A DNA stretch of 64,000 bases from Fimbriimonadia bacterium (GTDB lineage Bacteria; Armatimonadota; Fimbriimonadia; Fimbriimonadales; JABRVX01): the NCBI GenBank assembly GCA_041483895.1, contig JBGPGO010000001.1, forward strand, positions 32,001 to 96,000, read 5' to 3'. The notes beneath the pieces are model-generated. The model ran no database searches, was not told where the DNA came from, and saw only the letters and a program-made list of their open reading frames with translations. How positions within the stretch are numbered: the first letter of the stretch is position 1; each line of letters opens with the position of its first letter. The position numbers and the translations under genes are program-made. Of the stretch, positions 8,740-18,357 are shown piece after piece.

Positions 8740-10586
8740 TACGTCTCGCCTTCCGGTGGCGCAGCCGTGTCATCCAGCACCTTCCACCCCCGCCGATTAA
8801 GGTCCCAGTAGACGATGCCTGCCGCCACCGCCCCAATCCCGAGATAGACAAAACCGACCACCAAATATCCGAAGATCAGTTTTCCGACTCCGAACAACGC
8901 CATGTACACCATGACACAACCCATGAACCAATCGAGGAGATTCGCCAGCCCGTCGTGCGTGGGTTTGACATCCGTCGCCTCTTTGGCGATGGGTCCCCAA
9001 AACGCCGCGCTCGGACGCACGCGGCGATAGAACGCGAGTAGCACTTCGCGATCTTCCGGCGCGGTCAGGAAGGTCGCGGCGAGCCATATAAGCGTGGAAC
9101 AGCCAACGGTGATGAGCACCGTATAGGCAAATCGAACGGGGTCATCTGATTTAGCGAAGACGTATATGTGGCGAAAGACGTAGAACTCCAAGATCAACGA
9201 GACGATCAGCGACGCGCTCATAGCGGCGATCTCGCTCCAGGCGTTGATGCGCCACCAGAACCATCGAAGAATGAAAACGCTGCCGGTGCCCGCGCCGATT
9301 GCCATAAGGAACTTCCAGGCGTCCGCGATGTTCGTCTGATAGTACGTCGCGATGCACGAGAGCACCATAAGAAATAGCGTTATCACCTGCGAGACCCGAA
9401 CGTAGTGCCTGTCGGTCGCCTCACGGACCATGAATCTTCGGTACAGATCGTTGACCAGATAGGATGCTCCCCAGTTGAGCTGCGTGGCGATCGTCGACAT
9501 GTAGGCCGCCGCGAAGGCCGCGATCATCAACCCGCGAAGAGCAACCGGAAATACGTGCGGATCGACCACCGTCATCACGAAACCTGATTCTTTATCCACA
9601 AGGGCAGGATAGAGGACGACGGAGGCGAGGGCGGTCAGGATCCACGGCCAAGGGCGGACCGCATAGTGCGCTATGCTGAACCACAGCGTGGCGAGCAGTG
9701 AGTTCTTCTCATCTTTGGCCGAGAACATGCGCTGGGCGACGAATCCTCCGCCCCCCGGTTCTGCGCCCGGATACCAAGTCGCCCACCACGTGACGGCGAT
9801 GTACACAAAGAATGTGATCATGGGCATCCATGCCGAGCCGATATCAGGGACAAACGACAGAATGGAGCCGTGGCCCTTAGCGGCGTCGACGGCGACGAGT
9901 TTGGTCTTCAGCTCAGCAATTCCACCCACCGCATGGACGGCATAATAGGCCAATACGATCACCATGCCCATCTTCAGCACGAACTGGAAGACGTCGGTGA
10001 CAATCACACCGTACAGGCCGGATAGCGCGGAGATGGAAGCCGTAATGAGCATGATCCCGAACACGATAGTGAGCGCAGCCAGCTTCGGATCGAAGATGTG
10101 TAGGAAAGGTATTGCCATATCGGGAAAGATCACCATGAGGATCTTCACCATGGCCAGATTCACCCAGCCCATCACAATCAGGTTGACGGGCAAGCCGAGG
10201 TAGACGGCGCGGAAGCCGCGCAGAAAGGCGGCCGGTTTGCCGCTATAACGTATTTCCGCAAACTCCACATCCGTCAGCACGCCCGCGCGACGCCACAGCC
10301 GAGCGAAAAAGAAGACCGTCAGCATGGCGCTGAGCAGCATGTTCCACCAAAGCCAGTTGCCTGCGATGCCGTAGAGAGCGACCAGGCCCGTCACGGCGAG
10401 CGGGGTGTCGGCGGCAAAGGTGGTTGCCACCATGCTGGTCCCGGCCATCCACCACGACATGTTTCTGCCGCTGACGAAATAATCTTGCGTCGACCTTGTG
10501 GCACGCTTTCGATAGTAGAGCCCTACGCCGAGGTTGAAGGCGAAGTATGCCGCGACGACGAGCCAATCAAGGGTAGTTAGCTTCAT
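8739..10586 (-). CDS. Sodium:solute symporter (SSS family)
   Basis: DYFVSGR..SWW.AGTSMVATTFAADT, AQRMFSAKDE, AA.MST...LN; many hydrophobic segments. Confidence 0.92.
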   Translation of the reverse strand: MKLTTLDWLVVAAYFAFNLGVGLYYRKRATRSTQDYFVSGRNMSWWMAGTSMVATTFAADTPLAVTGLVALYGIAGNWLWWNMLLSAMLTVFFFARLWRRAGVLTDVEFAEIRYSGKPAAFLRGFRAVYLGLPVNLIVMGWVNLAMVKILMVIFPDMAIPFLHIFDPKLAALTIVFGIMLITASISALSGLYGVIVTDVFQFVLKMGMVIVLAYYAVHAVGGIAELKTKLVAVDAAKGHGSILSFVPDIGSAWMPMITFFVYIAVTWWATWYPGAEPGGGGFVAQRMFSAKDEKNSLLATLWFSIAHYAVRPWPWILTALASVVLYPALVDKESGFVMTVVDPHVFPVALRGLMIAAFAAAYMSTIATQLNWGASYLVNDLYRRFMVREATDRHYVRVSQVITLFLMVLSCIATYYQTNIADAWKFLMAIGAGTGSVFILRWFWWRINAWSEIAAMSASLIVSLILEFYVFRHIYVFAKSDDPVRFAYTVLITVGCSTLIWLAATFLTAPEDREVLLAFYRRVRPSAAFWGPIAKEATDVKPTHDGLANLLDWFMGCVMVYMALFGVGKLIFGYLVVGFVYLGIGAVAAGIVYWDLNRRGWKVLDDTAAPPEGET

Positions 10587-10610
10587 GATTCACTGTTGGC
10601 TACGGGCCGG

Positions 10611-10733
10611 TTAGGCCGCCAAGGGCTGTTTCGCCGTCAACTTTCTCTGATCCTTTATCGCGTAGCTTTTCGGGTTGGCTGCCGGCTTTGTGACGACTTC
10701 GGCCAGAGGGTTGAGCGCGGCAACAGAGGTCAT
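10611..10733 (-). CDS. Putative 40-aa small protein/leader peptide ending in LAA
   Basis: GAGGA 10 nt before ATG 10733; MTSVAALNPLAEVVTKPAANPKSYAIKDQRKLTAKQPLAA*; ends 24 nt before the SSS start. Not in the ORF track. Confidence 0.3.
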   Translation of the reverse strand: MTSVAALNPLAEVVTKPAANPKSYAIKDQRKLTAKQPLAA

Positions 10734-10856
10734 GAGCGCAATATCCTCAGTCCGCCTTCACGATCAACCCGCCGACCAGTGGTACACTATCCCTCCGCGT
10801 AATTCTTAAGCCTGTGGCTGTCTCTGACTGCGGCAGCTGAACCCTGCGATCAAACC

Positions 10857-13475
10857 ATGAATCGAACTCTACGACAATTGCGGGGTTGGAAGTTAATGAA
10901 GCTGATGGCCGTGATCGGCGTCTTTTTCCTCGGAATCTGTATGGGGCAGGCCAACCAATCGTCGACAAAACAGACATTGAGTTTGGACGGTGCCTGGCGA
11001 ATCACGCGCCTGCCTTTGGAAGCCGAGGGGCCCGCTGGTCTCGAACAATTCAGGCATGGCGACGCCAAGACGATCGACTCTGCCGTTCCCGGCGAAATCC
11101 ACCTTGACCTGATGCGAGCGGGTGAGATGCAGGATCCGTCCGTCGGCACAAATTCGCGAAAAGATCGGTGGCCCGAGCGGTTTTCCTGGTGGTACCACAG
11201 AACCTTCACTCCGCCTGCCGGGTTCACTAACCAAGACCGTCAGGAACTCGTCTTTGGGAGCCTCAGCTACTACGCGCAAATCTTTCTCAATGGCAAATTG
11301 GTGGGTTCAAACAAGAACAGCCTCGTCCCGTATCGCATCGATGTCACCACATTGCTCAAACCTGGGGAGAACGATCTGGTTGTGCGCCTCACGAGCGGTT
11401 ATGAGTTCATAAATGAGGTCGATCAGGATTTCAGCAAAGAGGGTCTCTATAAGAACCGCGAGAACTTTCCGGCACGCGAAAATCTGCGAAGTCCGGCGTA
11501 CATGTCGGGCTGGGATTGGTGCGACACGCTGCCAAACATCGGCCTTGGGCGAAGTGTGCGCTTGGTTGGGCGCAGCCGGGCGGCGCTCGGCCAAGTGAGG
11601 CTCGACACCGTGATGGTCGGGGCCAAAGTGTCGCTCAAAGGCGAGGTTGCGATAGAGAACCTGAGAGCTTGGTCAAGAACCGCTTGCACCCTCAAGCTGC
11701 AATTGGATCGACCGAACGGTCGGCCAATCACGCTGAAGCGGGAGCTTGCACTGCTGACCGGCTCGAACCGTGTGCCGTGCTAGATCGACGTTCCCAATCC
11801 CAAACTATGGTGGCCCAACGGAATGGGGGCGCAATCGCTCTACAAACTGACCGCGACGGTTGCGACAGGCGGCGTGGTGACCGACTCAGTCACCCAAACG
11901 ATCGGCCTCAGAACCATCAAATTCGATCAAAGTCCGCGAAAGGTTGGGTCCAACTTTCGGTTCATCGTGAACGGGAGGGAGATGTTCGCAAAGGGCGGCA
12001 ACTGGGCCCCGGCCGACCAAATTCCGGCTCGGATGACGAAAGCACGGTATGAACACTTCATCCATGCCGCAAAGGATGCGCACTTCAACATGCTGCGGGT
12101 GAACGGTGTGGGCTACTACGAAGATGATGCGTTCTACGAGGCCTGCGACAGGGCCGGAATCCTGCTTTGGCAAGAATTCGCTTATTCGTGCTCGAAGTAT
12201 AACGACTTGTCGGCTGATTTCATGCTCGGCGCGCGCCGCGAAGCGGAGGAGGCCGTCAGCCGCATCGCTCACCATCCGAGTCTTGCTTTATGGTGCGGCT
12301 GCAACGAGTGCCTATGGATGTACGGCGGCGAAAAGAACCCGGCTCCGTCGGAAGCGATCGGGCTGCGAATCTACTACGATCTTCTCCCCTCGGTTCTGCG
12401 CGCCCTGGATCCCGGGCGTCCGTATATTCCCGGAAGCCCCTGCGGCGGTTCGGATGAGATCAACAGCCAGATCGGAGGCGATGTGCACTGGTGGTACCAG
12501 GTTTTCATGAGCAACGACCCGGCGAAGAAGATGGACCCGGCGCTCCTGGATACTTGCACGGGCCGATTCGTGAGCGAATACGGCATCATCGGTCCGCCAC
12601 CGCTCGCTTCGATGAAGGAGTATCTCGCGCCCGATGAGTTGAGCCCAGCCAGCCTTGCCTGGCGGATCCATACCAACAGTTACGAAGGGGATCACACCGG
12701 TTTTACGGAGTCCGCGCTGCGTCATCACTTCTTCGGCGATGGGCCGCTTTCGGTGGGGGACTTCGTTCTCTACGGCGGCCTGTATCAGGCGATGATGCAG
12801 GAAGCGATGATGGAAGCGGGACGATTCCGCAAGCACGATACCGAGTCGCCTTGCGACGGTTCGCTCATGTGGTCGTACAACGACTGTTGGGGCGAGATCG
12901 GATGGTCGATCATCGATCATTACGGGCGTCCGAAGCCCAGTTACTACGCGGTCAAACGCGCATGCGCACCGGTCAAAGTGATCGTTCGTTCTAGGAATGG
13001 GATGCTTGTGACGCGTGTCGTCAACGACACTTTGCAATCGCGAAGGGTGGAGGTGACCTATGGATGGTTTCGTACCACTGGAATAGGTCGCGACATCCAG
13101 ACCAAGAAGATCACAATCGTGGCTAACTCGATGGTTGAAATCTCCCGCGCAACTCTGGCCGACGCAAAGCATGATCCCAAAGACTGGATATATGCGGCGA
13201 CCATGACCGGACCCGGTATCGCCGATGACCACTCCATTTGGAAGCTCGTCCCGTATCGAGAATTACATCGCACGAAGAAGCCCATAAAGGTCGTTCGCAA
13301 AGGAAATGAACTGATCGTGACGTGCGATGCCTTTGCCATCGGGGTTCACCTTCCTGAAAGTGACGGCGCTCAGCTTTCGGATGATTACTTCGACCTTGTT
13401 CCCGGCGTGCCGCACCGGCTGCGAATCGTCCAGCCGTCTCGCAACGGCCAATACAACCTGATTGCGAGCTTGTAG
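10857..13475 (+). pseudogene. GH2 beta-mannosidase-like glycoside hydrolase interrupted by one in-frame TAG (11781-11783)
   Basis: ORFs 10857-11783 and 11823-13475 share a frame and read ...RVPC*IDVPNPKLWWPNGMGAQSLY. GWDW, FAKGGNWAP, WCGCNE and FVSEYG motifs are intact. Confidence 0.85.
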
Positions 13476-13831
13476 GTGCGGGCCGATTCAATCTCGATGA
13501 AGTTGGACGCGGTGGCGCACAGCCACGACGCCAACAACGATCGAATTCGGATTGCCGATTTTGACAGGTTGTCTACGGAGAGGCAACCGCTGTCGAGGGC
13601 GGCGAGACGAGCGCCGGTCTATGGTGATCGGTAACATCCTTGTGCAGCGCTGCAATACCTGCGATTCGAAAAAGGGGCGGCCGCGAAATGCGTAGGGCAA
13701 TGCGGTCCTCGAAGGGAGGCCTTGCAAACCAGGTTTCACTTTCTCGCCGTCGGCCAGATTGGGTTTTCAGGTAAAAACCCACCGGTAGTTCTAGATGTTC
13801 ACAAGGGCTCTCTGCTAGAATCCGGTCGGCG

Positions 13832-16714
13832 ATGATTTCCCTCTGGACTCTCCTTATTACTGCAACTGCCTTAAGCTCGCAGCTCACCGGCGCAGATACC
13901 CCGATGCGTCCCGGTGATGCGATCGACTTCTTCGGCGATTCCATCACTTGGCAGGGCGGCTACATCGACCTCATGAGCCGGCGCCTCCAGGAAAGCCCGC
14001 ACACGAGAGGCCTCCTCATCTCCCTAATCAAGCGCGGGATCAATGGCGGCAAGAGCAACGACTTGCGCGACGGATGTAAAGACCTATATGGTTGCACCCA
14101 GGCGCCCTTATCCGAGGTCCTGAAGCGAGACAGGCCTTGCGCTGCCGTGATCGAAATCGGAATCAACGATGTTTGGCATGGCGACAAGGGCAATCCGCCG
14201 GAAGTGTTCGAAAAGTGCCTGCGGGACATGGTCGCAAGCGCCAAAACGCAGAAGGTGCCGGTGATACTCGCCACTCCTTCGCTGATCGGCGAAGAGCCAC
14301 AAGGCTCGAATCCCTTCGATTCCCAGCTCGACCAATATGTCGCCATCGTCAAGAAGGTCGGCGCCGATACGGGCTCGATCGTGGTTGACTTGCGCGCCTC
14401 CTTCGTCCGCTATCTCTCCTCGCACCCACGCACCGCGGAAATGGGCAAGGACCGTGGCATGCTGACTTACGACGGGGTGCACATGCTGCCCGCCGGCAAC
14501 GCGCTTCTTGCCGACGAGCTCGAAACCGGCATCGCTGCTGCCCTGCGCAAGAGCCCGCGCGCCAAGCCCGCCGCCATCTCGGCTCCGCAGACCTCGCTTC
14601 CCCTCGTTCCTTGGCCGCGTTCGATCACCTTTCGCACCGGCTCGCTCGCGCTCAACCGGCCGGTCCTCGTCGCCACATCGCCGAACCTTCTGCCCCTCAC
14701 AAAAATACTCGCCGAAGAAATCCAAGCCAAGACAGGTATCAAACCTGCTCTCGCTTCAAAGCCGACTCAAGGCTCCATCATCCTCAAGCTTGCCCCGAAC
14801 GGCGACCCGGAAAGCTACCGAATCGAGGTCAACCAAAGCGTCACGATCTCGGCAGCGAACCCGCGCGGTTTGGCCTGGGGCACCGTCACCCTGCTCCAAG
14901 CACTTCAAACCAAGGACAATGCGCTCCAAATTCGCCGTATGAGCATCGAGGACAAGCCCGCGCGCCCCCACCGCGGATTGTTGATCGATGTTGCAAGGCG
15001 ATACCACTCGATCGACGTGCTGAAGCAGTGCGTAGAGCTCTGCCGGTTTTATAAGCTTGGCTACTTGCAGCTCCACCTCACCGACAACGAGGCGTTCACC
15101 TTCCCCAGCCGTGCCTTCCCCCAAATCAACACCCAAAACCAGAACGGCGGTCTCAGCTACACGCTCGAAGAACTCAAAGAACTGGTGCGCTTTGCCGACG
15201 AGCGCGGCGTAATCATGGTTCCGGAGATGGATATTCCAGGTCACTCGGCAACGCTGATTCGCACGATGCCGGACCTATTCAAGATAAAGGGAACGAAGCC
15301 TTACGAGCACCATGCCACGATCAATTTTGCGAACTCCGAGGTGCTGAAGGCGATCGACACCCTCATCGGCGAAATCTGCGATGTCTTCCGGACCTCGCCC
15401 TATTTCCACATGGGTGGGGACGAAGCGGACATCTCGCTCGCCGACCAGCACCCCGATTTCCAGGCCGCATTCCACCAGCTCGGCTTGCCCGAAAAGTCGC
15501 AGCATGAGCTCTACCGCCGCTTTCTTACTCAAGTGGACGAAATGGTCAAGAAGCGAGGTAAGCAGCTGATCGTTTGGGAAGGCTTTGGACGCAACGCCGC
15601 CTCAAAATTCCCCATTCCAAAAGACATCCTCGTGATGGAGTTCGAAAACGCCTATTACCTGCCCACCGACCTGCTGGAGGACGGGTATTCGCTGGTGAAT
15701 GCCTCTTGGACGCCCCTCTATGTGGTGAACCGGCACGTCTGGCCCGCGCGCAAGGTTTACGAGTGGGACCTGTCGCGCTTTGGGCGTTTCTCAAATCTTT
15801 ATGAGACCACCGGGTGGTATGGCGCGACCGATTTGAGGCGAATCGCGGGAGCACAGGTGTGCTCGTGGGAAGGTCCGGAGGAGACTGAAATCGAAAACCT
15901 GCGGCGCGTGGCGCCGGCTATGGCGGAACGAGTGTGGAATCCGGCAGTTGGGAGTTCCTTTCAGCAGTTTGAAGTACGGCTGAGGGCCACGGACGATCTG
16001 TTCGATCGGCTGGTGCATTCGGTGACTATTCATAACAGTCCCCTCGATGCAACCGATCCCAACGGCTTTGATGTTCCCTGCTTCACAAAGCCGTTGTCTG
16101 TGAGTCTTACGTCGAGCCGACAAGGGGTGATCCGATTCACATTGGATGGCAAGCCGCCGACGGGTTCGTCACCGAGCTATGCAGGACCTGTCAACCTGAC
16201 CCAAACAACCACGATCCGCGCCGCCCTGTTTGGTCCGACCGGTCAGCGGTTGGGCTACGAGACTTCAAAGGTGTTCTATTTGGTCCCACCGCGAACACCG
16301 AATCTGGCGACTGGAAAAAAGGTGACGGTCTCGGGGGGGACGCAAGGGCCGCAGGTTCCCGAACTGGCCGTGGACGACAATCTGGAGTTGTCGTCGAGCT
16401 GGTGGGCGGGTCCGGCCCCGCAATGGCTGCAGGTCGATCTGGGCAAGACCTTCCGCGTGGACCGCATCGAAGTGTTCCCCTACTGGGATGGTTCACGCTA
16501 CTACGAATATACGGTCGAGGTCAGCACCGATGGGCAGTCATGGTTTGTAGTGGCCGATAACTCAGCAAACAGAACGCCCGCGAAACCGCAGGGCGATGAG
16601 ATTCGCTTCGCCGCGCGAACCGTCCGATTTGTGAAAGTGAATCTGCTCCACAACAGTGCCAATGAGGCCGTGCACCTGGTCGAGCTCCGGGTTTGGGAAA
16701 CGAAGGGGAATTGA
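13832..16714 (+). CDS. Secreted multidomain enzyme: SGNH/GDSL esterase + GH20 beta-N-acetylhexosaminidase + chitobiase-C/FN3-like + F5/8 (CBM32)
   Basis: FFGDSIT, GING, IGINDV, DGVH (SGNH); HRGLLIDVAR, LHLTD, PEMDIPGH, FHMGGDE (GH20); IRFTLDGKPP; NLATGK...WLQVDLG (discoidin). Confidence 0.9.
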   Translation: MISLWTLLITATALSSQLTGADTPMRPGDAIDFFGDSITWQGGYIDLMSRRLQESPHTRGLLISLIKRGINGGKSNDLRDGCKDLYGCTQAPLSEVLKRDRPCAAVIEIGINDVWHGDKGNPPEVFEKCLRDMVASAKTQKVPVILATPSLIGEEPQGSNPFDSQLDQYVAIVKKVGADTGSIVVDLRASFVRYLSSHPRTAEMGKDRGMLTYDGVHMLPAGNALLADELETGIAAALRKSPRAKPAAISAPQTSLPLVPWPRSITFRTGSLALNRPVLVATSPNLLPLTKILAEEIQAKTGIKPALASKPTQGSIILKLAPNGDPESYRIEVNQSVTISAANPRGLAWGTVTLLQALQTKDNALQIRRMSIEDKPARPHRGLLIDVARRYHSIDVLKQCVELCRFYKLGYLQLHLTDNEAFTFPSRAFPQINTQNQNGGLSYTLEELKELVRFADERGVIMVPEMDIPGHSATLIRTMPDLFKIKGTKPYEHHATINFANSEVLKAIDTLIGEICDVFRTSPYFHMGGDEADISLADQHPDFQAAFHQLGLPEKSQHELYRRFLTQVDEMVKKRGKQLIVWEGFGRNAASKFPIPKDILVMEFENAYYLPTDLLEDGYSLVNASWTPLYVVNRHVWPARKVYEWDLSRFGRFSNLYETTGWYGATDLRRIAGAQVCSWEGPEETEIENLRRVAPAMAERVWNPAVGSSFQQFEVRLRATDDLFDRLVHSVTIHNSPLDATDPNGFDVPCFTKPLSVSLTSSRQGVIRFTLDGKPPTGSSPSYAGPVNLTQTTTIRAALFGPTGQRLGYETSKVFYLVPPRTPNLATGKKVTVSGGTQGPQVPELAVDDNLELSSSWWAGPAPQWLQVDLGKTFRVDRIEVFPYWDGSRYYEYTVEVSTDGQSWFVVADNSANRTPAKPQGDEIRFAARTVRFVKVNLLHNSANEAVHLVELRVWETKGN

Positions 16715-17077
16715 GTGTCCGGTGGCGAGGCTTCCCGCACTCTGCTCCCTCTGGTCCAAATCCGTGGGTGAGTGAGTGAGATACTCCGAATCCGGCATAA
16801 GGGATGGACGCTTTGATACTGCTTTCCCTTCTACTATACGATCCCACAGGTCGCTGCTTTCCACCAACGGAAACAAGCTATGGCAAGGGGATCTCGTAAC
16901 AGGACCTATCGAAAATCGCCAATTTCGATCTCGACGGTTGCGCTACGATTGCCCTGGCTTCCATTGTCATCGAGGCGTTGCGGGAGCAACTGTAGGCCCG
17001 GCTGTCAAGCTGGCTGTCAACGGGCTTAACTTGGGTTAATGTGAGATGTTCAAAGGTTGCGTTTGTACCTGAATTAC

Positions 17078-17153
17078 TGGGGCGGCGAACGGGGATTGAA
17101 CCCGCGACCCCCTGAGCCACAGTCAGGTGCTCTGCCACTGAGCTACCGCCGCC
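17078..17153 (-). tRNA. tRNA-His (GTG) with G-1 and encoded CCA
   Basis: Reverse complement GGCGGCGGTAGCTCAGTGGCAGAGCACCTGACTGTGGCTCAGGGGGTCGCGGGTTCAATCCCCGTTCGCCGCCCCA folds as a cloverleaf; anticodon GTG; G-1:C73 pair. Confidence 0.97.
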
Positions 17154-17239
17154 ACTGGCCAAAAGTGTACCACCGGGCGGCGGCGGCGTCAACCGATGGT
17201 CCCTGGGACCTGCGCGCTGTTGCCGGTACACTAGCCGAG

Positions 17240-18355
17240 ATGGTGAACCGCGAGCGCCTCCTCGATACATTTCTCCAACTGTGCCGAATCAATTCGCCCT
17301 CCCGCGAGGAGGCGGAGGTGGCGGATTGGATCTGTCGGCGGCTTGCGGGTCTGGGTCTTTCGGCGGAGGAAGATAATGCGGGCGCTGTGGTTGATGGGAA
17401 TTGCGGCAATTTGGTTGTTTCTCTGCCTGGAACCGTCCCCGCGCCGCCGATCCTGATCTGCGCGCACATGGACATTGTGGAGCCCAATCCCGGAGTTGAG
17501 ATTGTTGTCGAGGACGGAGTGGTTCGGACGGATGGGACCGCGATATTGGGGGCGGACGATAAGGCGGGATGCGCTCCGCTCATCGAGGCCCTCACAATCA
17601 TCCGCGAGAAGGGATTGGCGCATGGGCCGATCATTGCTGCGTTTACCATTTGCGAAGAGGTGGGGCTTTTTGGCGCGGCCAACTTGGACACTCGTGGCGC
17701 AGTAATGGGGTTTGTGTTGGATGCCGGGCCTCCGGTTGGGAGCTTCATCGTGAACGCGCCGGGCATGATGAACATTGAGATTACGGTAATGGGGAAAGCC
17801 GCTCATTCCGGGGTGAGGCCGGAGGAAGGAATCAGCGCTGTGGAGGCAGTGGCCGACGCGGTCGCTGGGATGAAGCTTGGACGAATCGATGAGGAAACGA
17901 CGGCGAACATCGGCACGATACATGGGGGGCAGGCCAGGAACGTGGTGTGCGAGCGTGTTGTGATGGAAGCGGAGGCGCGAAGCCGCAACCCGCAAAAGTT
18001 GGCGGCGCAGCTCAATCACATGCGCGAGCAGTTTGATCGGGCGGCGTCTAAGCGGGGGGCATCCGTGGATTGGCAGGAGCGCAAATCGTACCAGTCCTAT
18101 CTTCGGACGAACGAAGATCCGGTGGTGAAAACTGCGATCGCTGCCGCGCAAAAGATCGGCCTTACCGGTCAACTGCGCGCGGCCGGCGGCGGCAGCGACG
18201 CCAACGTTTTCAATGCGAAGGGCGTACCCAGCATTGTAGTCTGCACTGGCATGCAGAAGAACCATACACATGATGAATTCTGTACGGTTGACGATCTGAA
18301 CAGCACCGCGGAACTAACACTTGCAATCATACAAGAAGCGGCGAAAGGAGCATAG
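17240..18355 (+). CDS. M20/M25/M40 metallopeptidase, peptidase T-like
   Basis: Start MVNRERLL; AHMDIV, LGADDKAG, ICEEVG, GKAAHSG, GGSDAN and HT..E motifs. Confidence 0.9.
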   Translation: MVNRERLLDTFLQLCRINSPSREEAEVADWICRRLAGLGLSAEEDNAGAVVDGNCGNLVVSLPGTVPAPPILICAHMDIVEPNPGVEIVVEDGVVRTDGTAILGADDKAGCAPLIEALTIIREKGLAHGPIIAAFTICEEVGLFGAANLDTRGAVMGFVLDAGPPVGSFIVNAPGMMNIEITVMGKAAHSGVRPEEGISAVEAVADAVAGMKLGRIDEETTANIGTIHGGQARNVVCERVVMEAEARSRNPQKLAAQLNHMREQFDRAASKRGASVDWQERKSYQSYLRTNEDPVVKTAIAAAQKIGLTGQLRAAGGGSDANVFNAKGVPSIVVCTGMQKNHTHDEFCTVDDLNSTAELTLAIIQEAAKGA

Positions 18356-18357
18356 TC

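Noticed and set aside
10600..10860. tmRNA gene suggested by a reading frame ending in LAA*
   Set aside because: No GGGG...TCGA 5' end and no T-arm/CCA 3' end flank it; kept only as a small-ORF observation.
11781..11783. Genome-wide TAG reassignment
   Set aside because: Clearly complete genes here (miaA, dapF, flhB, doxX) end in TAG at their expected C-termini.
13480..13830. RHS/YD remnant or ncRNA between GH2 and GH20
   Set aside because: Only a faint HSHDANNDRIRI resemblance and no convincing structure; not supportable.
17057..17239. N-terminal extension of the M20 peptidase ORF
   Set aside because: It runs antisense through the tRNA-His gene; the family-like sequence begins at MVNRERLL (17240).
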